Below are positions 43,260 through 49,713 of a DNA stretch of 64,000 nucleotides, in pieces (the first letter of the stretch is position 1; every line of letters starts with the position of its first letter). Position numbers and translations under genes: made by a program. The DNA comes from Candidatus Fervidifonticultor quartus. Lineage in GTDB: Bacteria > Sysuimicrobiota > Sysuimicrobiia > Sysuimicrobiales > Humicultoraceae. The notes under the pieces were generated by a model. That model saw nothing but the letters and a program-made list of their open reading frames with translations, made no database searches and was not told the origin of the DNA. Location: positions 42,233 through 106,232 of the forward strand of contig JAVKJV010000002.1 of NCBI GenBank assembly GCA_031458775.1, given 5' to 3'.

Positions 43260-44057
43260 ATGGCATGTCGGGAGAGTTCTATCGATTTTCTGCGGGGCTT
43301 GGGATATACGCCCATCCAGTTGCCGCGTGAACGCATTCACCCGCTCGACCTGGTGGGGAAACTGGCGGGCGGCGGCCGCGCGAAGCAACTGGGTTCACTC
43401 ACCAAGCTCGTCGTCGGCGCGGTGCCGGCACCCGAGATTGCCCGTGACGAGCAGGTCGGACAGGTGAGCGGCAAGCGGACCGACAAGCTCGATATCGGGA
43501 TCGGGCTCAATCTGCTTTCGAAGTTCTTCTCGGCGCTTGGGGTCTTCTCGGCCTCGATCAGCGCCGCGTTTGCGCGGGCCAAGCAGGTCGAGTTTCAATA
43601 CGAGAACGTGACCTCCGATTCGGTGGACATCGTCGACCTGCGCGGCTATCTGGGGAAGCGGCCGTCCCTGGACCCGAACAACCCGGTGGTGGACGATTAC
43701 TTCATCGGCGACGGCCAGGTGGTGGTGATCACGCGAACGCTCAAGTCCACCGGGTTCGGCGTGTTGGCGTCCGACGAGAGGGGCAACAAGGTGGACATCG
43801 ACGTCGACGTTCTCAAAGAGGATCTGGCCAAGGCCGGAGTGGATGCCGCCAGGGGCTCAGAGATGAAGGTATCGTTCAAGGGCACCAAGCCGCTCGTCTT
43901 TGCCTTTCAGGGACTGATGCTGCGCATCGACACCGGCGGATTACGGGTGAGCGACGATGTGCCCGCGGAGCTGGGCATCTTCGCGTCCAGGCCGGCTGCT
44001 GCCGGTGAGGCCGCCCCGGTGGTGCTCACGCGGAACGGGCTGCTGCGGCTCGACTGA
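43260..44057 (+). CDS. Bacterial gasdermin (bGSDM)-like pore-forming protein
   Basis: 265 aa with no TM helix or signal peptide. Starts MAC (Cys3). IDFLRGLGYTPIQLPRERIHPLDLV, KRTDKLDIGIGLNLLSKFFSALG, VEFQYENVTSDSVDIVDLRGYL, VVVITRTLKSTGFGVLASDERGNKVDIDVDV and KVSFKGTKPLVFAFQGLMLRID follow the bGSDM block pattern as I recall it. Short about 30-aa C-terminal tail. GGAGG RBS 8 nt upstream. Protease gene immediately downstream. Confidence 0.72.
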   Translation: MACRESSIDFLRGLGYTPIQLPRERIHPLDLVGKLAGGGRAKQLGSLTKLVVGAVPAPEIARDEQVGQVSGKRTDKLDIGIGLNLLSKFFSALGVFSASISAAFARAKQVEFQYENVTSDSVDIVDLRGYLGKRPSLDPNNPVVDDYFIGDGQVVVITRTLKSTGFGVLASDERGNKVDIDVDVLKEDLAKAGVDAARGSEMKVSFKGTKPLVFAFQGLMLRIDTGGLRVSDDVPAELGIFASRPAAAGEAAPVVLTRNGLLRLD

Positions 44058-44093
44058 TCAGGCGCCGGCGCACACAGAGAGGGAGACCGGGCG

Positions 44094-45491
44094 ATGGAGT
44101 TCATATCCACGAACGGCATCGACCTGCGCACCGGGCGGCCGGTGTTTCACCGGGTGCCGTTCCAGGAGTTCCTGCAGGTCTTCCACAACCGGCTGCCGGC
44201 GCCGCGCGAAGACGAGGAGCGGCGCCGTGCCACGACGAGCGCGCTGAGCACCACGCGCAGTATCTTCGCGGCCACGACGAACCTCAACGATCCCGTCGCG
44301 GCCGGCTACGGCGTGGTCTGTGCGCCGGGCCGCGTGCCCCTGCTCGACGGGGCCCTGGCGCCGCTGCTGGCGTGGCGCCAGGTGAAACCCGAGCACCGGC
44401 TTGTCCTTGACATCGCCCAAGTGGGGATCGGCGGGTTATCGGACTGGATGGACGAACACATCACGTTTCGCGACGGGCCGTACTACTGGTTGCTTGTGGG
44501 CGGTCCGGCCGAGCTGCCCTTTGACCTTCAGTGGATGCTGGATGCGGGCAAGGCCGCGGGCCGTATTGAGTTCGACGATGAGGCTGAGTACGCGGCGTAC
44601 GCGGAGCGTGTGATCCGGGCCGAGCAGGTGCTCGCCGCGTCACACGGGGCACCGCCGGTGTTCTTCTGGTCGACCCTCCACGACGACGTCACCAGGCTGA
44701 GCAACTGGTACATGTGCACGCCGCTGGTGAAGCGGCTGGAGAGCCACGGCGTCAACGTGACCTATCGCGAGAAGGCCGACGCTACGGTGGACGCGTTCTG
44801 GAGTGCGGCCAGGGCGTGGGGGACGCGCGGCGGGCTCGTCTACACGGCCAGTCACGGTGGCATGCTGCCGAACGACGACGCCGAGCAGCCTGCGCGTCAG
44901 GGTGCGCTCGTGGCCATGGACGGCACGATCGAGGGTCAGCAGGTCGATCGGGAGCGGTCGGCGTTCCCGCACTCGGTCGTGTTCAACTTCGCTTGCTACT
45001 CGGGAGGGACGCCCTCGCACAGCGACTTCAATCACTGGGTTCCCGAGTACCACCTGGGCCGGTACATTCCGCAGACGGCATTCGTCTCGCGGCTGCACCG
45101 GCGGTGGGTCGCGCACCCGGCCGGCCCGCTGGCCGCGGTGGGCCACGTCGAGCCGGCGTGGCTCCACTCGTTTGCGAATCCGGACAATCCGGACGACGTC
45201 ATGTTCGACGCCGCGCTGGACACCGAGTGGGGGGAGCGTATCCAACCGTTCCGTACCTTCACCGACCGGCTGGTAAGGGGGTATACCGTCGGCTACGCGA
45301 TGGAACTGTTCGGGTTTCTCTATGATCAACTGGGGAATGACATCGCCCGGCGCATCAACCGGTACCTGCGCGACAACCCGGGCGGCGCGGTGAACGAACA
45401 GGAGTTGCGCAAGATGGCGACGCGCTGGATCAGCCGCAACGACTATCAGAACTACGTGGTCTTCGGCGATCCGGCGGTGCGCATCGCGTGA
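44094..45491 (+). CDS. Clan CD cysteine protease (caspase/gingipain C25-like), probable gasdermin-activating protease
   Basis: His-Cys dyad in caspase-like spacing: LVYTASHGG (His254, CAC 44853-44855) and VVFNFACYSGG (Cys301, TGC 44994-44996). C25-like blocks PYYWLLVGGPAELPF and C-terminal NYVVFGDPAVRI. AGGGAG RBS before ATG 44094. No NACHT, TPR, WD40 or LRR-like repeats visible. Confidence 0.7.
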   Translation: MEFISTNGIDLRTGRPVFHRVPFQEFLQVFHNRLPAPREDEERRRATTSALSTTRSIFAATTNLNDPVAAGYGVVCAPGRVPLLDGALAPLLAWRQVKPEHRLVLDIAQVGIGGLSDWMDEHITFRDGPYYWLLVGGPAELPFDLQWMLDAGKAAGRIEFDDEAEYAAYAERVIRAEQVLAASHGAPPVFFWSTLHDDVTRLSNWYMCTPLVKRLESHGVNVTYREKADATVDAFWSAARAWGTRGGLVYTASHGGMLPNDDAEQPARQGALVAMDGTIEGQQVDRERSAFPHSVVFNFACYSGGTPSHSDFNHWVPEYHLGRYIPQTAFVSRLHRRWVAHPAGPLAAVGHVEPAWLHSFANPDNPDDVMFDAALDTEWGERIQPFRTFTDRLVRGYTVGYAMELFGFLYDQLGNDIARRINRYLRDNPGGAVNEQELRKMATRWISRNDYQNYVVFGDPAVRIA

Positions 45492-45582
45492 ACGACGCGG
45501 CCCGGCGACGGCAGGGGATGGCCGGACGGCCAGGAAACGTTGTGGCGGTGACGCAGCGCTGAGCACGCCGACGATCCGCATC

Positions 45583-46065
45583 GTGAGGGCCAACCTTGAC
45601 GATCCGGCCCATCAGCAAGCCGTGCTTGCGATGGTCAACGCGTATGCCCGGGATCCTATGGGCCAGGGCCGCGATCTGCCCGAGACGGTGCAGCGCGACC
45701 TCGTGCCCGGGCTGCGCCGGCATCCGACAACGCTGATCTTTCTCGCCTACGACGGTGAGCGGCCGATCGGCGTCGCCGTCTGCTTCGTGGGGTTCTCGAC
45801 GTTCGCCGCCAGGCCGCTTGTCAACATCCACGATCTGTCGGTTGTTGCCGGCTACCGCGGGCAAGGGGTGGGTCGCCGGTTACTGGAGCGCGTCGAGTCC
45901 GCAGCGCGCGAGTTGGGCTGCGCGAAGATCACGCTCGAGGTGAATGCGGACAACGTCGGCGCGCAGCACCTCTATCGCCGGTTCGGGTTCCGCGGTGGCG
46001 GGTCCGGTGACGACCTCAACCGGGTGTGGTTCCTCCAGAAGCGGCTGACGCCCGCCGGGTCGTGA
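45583..46065 (+). CDS. GNAT-family N-acetyltransferase
   Basis: Acetyl-CoA motif VVAGYRGQGVGRRLLERVESAARELGCAKITLEV...NVGAQHLYRRFGF. Confidence 0.82.
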   Translation: MRANLDDPAHQQAVLAMVNAYARDPMGQGRDLPETVQRDLVPGLRRHPTTLIFLAYDGERPIGVAVCFVGFSTFAARPLVNIHDLSVVAGYRGQGVGRRLLERVESAARELGCAKITLEVNADNVGAQHLYRRFGFRGGGSGDDLNRVWFLQKRLTPAGS

Positions 46066-47279
46066 GCTCCCCGCTCGGCTCGCCGCGGGCGGCCAGCGCG
46101 GTCGGTTTCCTCTATTGGAGCGGCTGGCAGGCGATGGTGCCGTTCCTCGCCCTCTACGCGACGTCACTGGGCGCGAGTCCGGCGACCGTCGGGATCATCC
46201 TCGGCAGCTATTCGATTCTGGCGTTGCTGCTGAGCGTGCCCGCCGGGTTGCTGGCCGAGCGTATCGGGTCAGGACGCATGATGTTTGGCGGCGCACTGCT
46301 CGGCGGTGTGAGTCTGCTGCTGATTGTCTACGGCGGGGGGTTGGCCGGTCTGACCATCGGGCTCACCCTCCTCGGGGTGTCGCAGATCATGGTCTCCATC
46401 GGCACGCAGGTTGAGACCATCCTGGGCGCGTCACAGAAGGACCTGCCGCGGGCGATCACGCAGTACTTCTTCTTTTCCTCGGCATCGCAGTTGAGCGGGC
46501 CGGCGATCGGCGCGGTGCTCGTCCGGGGCGCGCACTACTCGCTGGCATTCCTGGGCGCGGCGGGGCTCAGTTTCCTGGCGATGCTCGCCGCGGCCGGTCC
46601 CGCGCGCCGGCCGCCGGTGCGGGACGCGGTGGTGGCCCGACCGCCCGCGCTTGAGACGATCACGACCACGCTCACACACCGGCCAGGCGCGCGGGCAGGG
46701 CTGTTGGTGAACCTCGCGGCCGAGCTCGCCATGGCGTTCTGGGCTTCGTTCTTCCCCCTGTTGCTGGCGCAGAGAGGCTACGGGTCCGAGACCATTGCCT
46801 TTCTCTTCGGGCTGCGCGCGACATCCAACACCGGCGTGCGCCTGGTGATGGGGCGCATCACGCAGCGCCTGTCGCGGACGCGCGCCCTGGTCGTCGGGCT
46901 CATCGTGACCGGCCTTTCGCTCGTGGCGATGGCCGCCTTCGTGCCGCTGTGGGGGATTGCGCTGGCGGTCCTGGTGTTCGGCTTCTCCATGGGGCTGTAC
47001 TCCACGCTGGCCGCCATCGCCGTGGCTGCCGGGTTCACGGCCGATGCGGCCGGCTTGGGTGTGGGACTGCGCATGCTTGCGAGCCGCATCGGCCTGATCG
47101 TTGGCCCGATCGTCACCGGATTGGTGGTTCAAGGGTTCGGGTACATCGCCGCCTTTGTGGTTAGCGCGGTGATCTGCGCGAGCCCGGCGCTGCTTTATGC
47201 CAGGCGATCCCGGCCATCGGCGCTGCGCGCGGCCCGCGAGCGGGCGCGGGACGCGGGCGCCGGCTTACCGCCTCGCTAG
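46062..47279 (+). CDS. MFS transporter
   Basis: About 12 hydrophobic segments and an MFS loop-like LAERIGSGRMM. GTG 46062 overlaps the GNAT stop (GTGA). Track ORF start 46026 is an alternative. Confidence 0.78.
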   Translation: MSSPLGSPRAASAVGFLYWSGWQAMVPFLALYATSLGASPATVGIILGSYSILALLLSVPAGLLAERIGSGRMMFGGALLGGVSLLLIVYGGGLAGLTIGLTLLGVSQIMVSIGTQVETILGASQKDLPRAITQYFFFSSASQLSGPAIGAVLVRGAHYSLAFLGAAGLSFLAMLAAAGPARRPPVRDAVVARPPALETITTTLTHRPGARAGLLVNLAAELAMAFWASFFPLLLAQRGYGSETIAFLFGLRATSNTGVRLVMGRITQRLSRTRALVVGLIVTGLSLVAMAAFVPLWGIALAVLVFGFSMGLYSTLAAIAVAAGFTADAAGLGVGLRMLASRIGLIVGPIVTGLVVQGFGYIAAFVVSAVICASPALLYARRSRPSALRAARERARDAGAGLPPR

Positions 47280-47393
47280 TGGGTCTGCCTCACGCTGGCC
47301 AGAGGCCGGCGCGAGGCGGTCCCGCCCGCGACCGGGCGTGAGCGGACCTCCACGTCGGCGTCGAGGTCCGGCGGGTTCGGTGGTGACGAACCG

Positions 47394-48338
47394 TCACGGT
47401 GCCAGAAGTCGCTGCATCTCGACCCCGTTCTGCGCGGCCTGGCCGCGCGCGTGGTTGTTGAACATCAGATAGAGCGCGTCCAGGCGGCCGGAGAGTTCGC
47501 GCACGGTCCCGGCCCATTCCCGAAGTTCTTCTGTGGTGTAGCGATAGTCATACGCCCGGTCGGTAGACGCCCGGCGCTCGAGCAGCGCGGCATTGCGGCC
47601 GTGAAAGCGGATGACCGACCACGGCGCCGTGACCTCGACGTCGGGCGGGGGCAGGTATTGCGCCTGGACGAGATCCGGGATCACGTAGGCGTACCCACGG
47701 TCGCGCAGGTAGCCCAGGAACACCTCGCGGTTCTTGCGATAGAGCCAGTCCTTGTGCCGGATCTCGACCGCTACCGGCCATGTGCGCAGGTAGGGTTCCC
47801 ACGCGTCCAGGTAGGCCATCAGGTCGGGCGCGAACCCCTGGCCCTTGGGAAATTGAAAGAGCACATACCCCAGCCGGCCGGCGCGGCCGAAGACGTCGAC
47901 AAACGCGGCGAAGTAGTCCCAGGTCGCGGCGAGCACTTCCTCGGGCACACGGTCGCCCCGGATCGGCCCGGCGGCCCGCGCCTCGGCCGGCAGCAGCGAG
48001 GCGATGTCCGGCGGCAGGCGCTTTGGGTCGCTCTCGTGCCGCGTCAGCCAGGCGAAGGCCTTCACGCTGAACCGAAAGGACGGCACCGTCCACTCCAACC
48101 ACTGTCGCGCGCGTTCAGGCGGCTGCAGCGCATGATAACTCGCGTCCACTTCGACCGTGGGGAACACGCTGGCGTAGTACTGGAGCCGCGCGCGAGGATC
48201 GGTCTTCGCACCCCGTGGGTAGAAGTCGCTGGCCACGACGCCGCGGTCGGCCCAGGAGCACGTTCCGACGTACACCTCACAGCTTCCCACGCGCACGGGG
48301 GCGGCGCCGGACAGGGACGTGCGCTCGAATGCCTCCAT
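47394..48338 (-). CDS. DUF72 (UPF0759) family protein
   Basis: YVGTCSWADRG...FYPRGAKTDPRARLQYYASVFPTVEVDASYHALQPPERARQWLEWTVPSFRFSVKAF matches the DUF72 N-terminal pattern. Confidence 0.82.
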   Translation of the reverse strand: MEAFERTSLSGAAPVRVGSCEVYVGTCSWADRGVVASDFYPRGAKTDPRARLQYYASVFPTVEVDASYHALQPPERARQWLEWTVPSFRFSVKAFAWLTRHESDPKRLPPDIASLLPAEARAAGPIRGDRVPEEVLAATWDYFAAFVDVFGRAGRLGYVLFQFPKGQGFAPDLMAYLDAWEPYLRTWPVAVEIRHKDWLYRKNREVFLGYLRDRGYAYVIPDLVQAQYLPPPDVEVTAPWSVIRFHGRNAALLERRASTDRAYDYRYTTEELREWAGTVRELSGRLDALYLMFNNHARGQAAQNGVEMQRLLAP

Positions 48339-48393
48339 GCCACAACGCTTCGCCCGTCACGGGCGGCTCCCTGCGCGAGGGCCTCGCGAGGTC

Positions 48394-48422
48394 TTGCGCC
48401 AGACCGGCGTTTCGCATACGCT
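48394..48422 (+). promoter_or_regulatory. Possible promoter for the riboswitch-terC transcript
   Basis: TTGCGC (48394-48399), 17-nt spacer, TACGCT (48417-48422). This would start transcription near the first riboswitch helix. Weak match only. Confidence 0.3.
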
Positions 48423-48427
48423 CTGAC

Positions 48428-48540
48428 GCAGCGCAAGGGGAGTAGCCAGGAACACCACCGGGCTCAGACCGTCAACACGGTCAGGCTGATCCGGTCTGAG
48501 ACTACAGCCAAGCTGTAGAGGCGAGACCTTCGCGACGTCA
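48428..48540 (+). promoter_or_regulatory. yybP-ykoY (manganese) riboswitch
   Basis: Conserved AAGGGGAGUAG (48435-48445) and GGCGAGACCUU (48520-48530). Helix CUCAGACC(48463-48470)/GGUCUGAG(48493-48500), inner hairpin GACCG-ucaaca-CGGUC, and hairpin CUACAGC-caa-GCUGUAG preceded by UGAGA. Closing helix GCGCAAGG/CCUUCGCG. Located upstream of a TerC-family gene, the canonical regulated gene class. Confidence 0.8.
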
Positions 48541-48598
48541 CATGTTGACGGTGCGGGGTCTCTGCGTGCTTTCGCCGTCGGCGGACGGGAGGACTGGG

Positions 48599-49552
48599 AT
48601 GCCTGAGTCGGTTGGGACCCCATGGCTGTGGGGTGGGTTCACGGTGTTCGTCGTGGCGATGCTGGCCCTCGACCTGGGGGTGTTCCATCGGAAGGCGCAC
48701 GTCGTGGAGGCGCGTGAGGCGCTGGTCTGGAGTGTCTTCTGGATCGCCCTCGCATTGCTGTTCAACCTTGGGGTCGTGCACTGGTTCGGTCCACAGCGTG
48801 GGATGGAGTTCCTGACCGGCTACTTGATCGAGAAGGCCTTGAGCGTTGACAACATCTTTGTCTTCCTGGTGATCCTGTCGTACTCCGCTGTGCCGACGGC
48901 CTACCAGCACCGCGTGCTGTTCTGGGGCATCCTGGGCGCCATTGTGTTCCGCGTGATTTTCATCCTGGCGGGCGCGGCCCTGCTGGAGGCGTTTCATGGG
49001 GTCATCTACGTGTTCGGCGCGCTGCTCATCTTCACCGGGGTGAAGTTGCTTCGGGCGCGGGAAGCGCACGTGCATCCCGAGCGGAACGCCCTCCTTCGAC
49101 TGGTCCGGCGGGTGCTCCCCGTCACTCCGACATATCACGGTCAGCGGTTTCTGGTCCGTCTGAGCGGGCGGCTGTTCGCCACACCGCTCCTCCTCGTGCT
49201 CGTGGTCATTGAGGCAACCGACATCGTGTTCGCCGTCGATTCGATTCCCGCGATCTTCGCAGTGACCAGAGACCCGTTCATCGTCTACACGTCCAACATC
49301 TTTGCCATCCTGGGGCTTCGGGCGTTGTTCTTCCTCCTGGCTGGCGTCATCGGCCGATTTCACTACCTCCGGTACGGGCTCGGGCTGGTCCTCGCGTTCG
49401 TGGGGCTCAAGATGGTTGCCAGCGACGCCTACGAGGTGCCGGTCACGCTGTCGCTCGCGGTGATCGCGACGCTCATCGGGGGCTCGATTGTCGTGTCGCT
49501 CCTGCGGCCGCCTGTGCCGCCGCCGTTGCCGCATCCCGACGCCCCGCCGTAA
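48599..49552 (+). CDS. TerC/Alx-family integral membrane protein (putative Mn2+/metal exporter)
   Basis: PWLWGGFTVFVVAMLALDLGVFHRKAHVVEAREALVWSVFWIALALLFN, LSVDNIFVF and AVDSIPAIFAVT repeats are typical of TerC. GGGAGG RBS 48585-48590 before ATG 48599. Confidence 0.88.
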   Translation: MPESVGTPWLWGGFTVFVVAMLALDLGVFHRKAHVVEAREALVWSVFWIALALLFNLGVVHWFGPQRGMEFLTGYLIEKALSVDNIFVFLVILSYSAVPTAYQHRVLFWGILGAIVFRVIFILAGAALLEAFHGVIYVFGALLIFTGVKLLRAREAHVHPERNALLRLVRRVLPVTPTYHGQRFLVRLSGRLFATPLLLVLVVIEATDIVFAVDSIPAIFAVTRDPFIVYTSNIFAILGLRALFFLLAGVIGRFHYLRYGLGLVLAFVGLKMVASDAYEVPVTLSLAVIATLIGGSIVVSLLRPPVPPPLPHPDAPP

Positions 49553-49615
49553 CCCCCGCGAGCCATGTGGGCGGGGCGGACCTGGCCGTGTTCAAGGAGT
49601 CGCGCCCGCCGCCGT

Positions 49616-49645
49616 TTGACAGTGCGTTTTCGCGGCGCCTATAAT
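49616..49645 (+). promoter_or_regulatory. Sigma-A-type promoter upstream of secDF
   Basis: Perfect TTGACA (49616-49621), 18-nt spacer, perfect TATAAT (49640-49645), about 70 nt upstream of the secD GTG. Confidence 0.65.
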
Positions 49646-49647
49646 GT

Positions 49648-49674
49648 GGCGGGTTGTAAGCCCGCCTTTTTTTT
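49648..49674 (+). terminator. Rho-independent terminator (for terC read-through)
   Basis: GGCGGG (49648-49653), 7-nt loop, CCCGCC (49661-49666), followed by T8 (49667-49674). The only long T-run seen in the window. Confidence 0.75.
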
Positions 49675-49713
49675 GGGCACGCGACGTAGTGCTGACCCCG
49701 GAGGGCTGAAGCG

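Noticed and set aside
40909-43266. 785-aa minus-strand ORF spanning the RibD_C-like and lipase genes and reaching the gasdermin start
   Set aside because: The product is Arg/Gly/Ala/Pro/His-rich with no recognisable motif, typical of a high-GC antisense shadow ORF. The + strand frames carry clear family motifs (RibD_C blocks, GHSMGG lipase elbow) and RBS-preceded starts.
44094-44460. CARD/death-fold or other adaptor domain at the protease N-terminus
   Set aside because: The first about 120 residues show no pattern I can assign. Part of it (PYYWLLVGG) already belongs to the C25-like protease fold. The claim cannot be supported without structure prediction.
45583-47279. GNAT and MFS genes as part of the gasdermin module
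   Set aside because: They are separated from the protease by 91 nt, form their own GTGA-coupled pair, and belong to ubiquitous families with no known role in gasdermin systems. Linkage cannot be excluded, but there is no positive evidence.
47374-47392. Hairpin GGTTCG-gtggtga-CGAACC between the convergent MFS and DUF72 genes as a bidirectional terminator
   Set aside because: The stem is only 6 bp with A/T pairs, and there is no U-tract on either strand.
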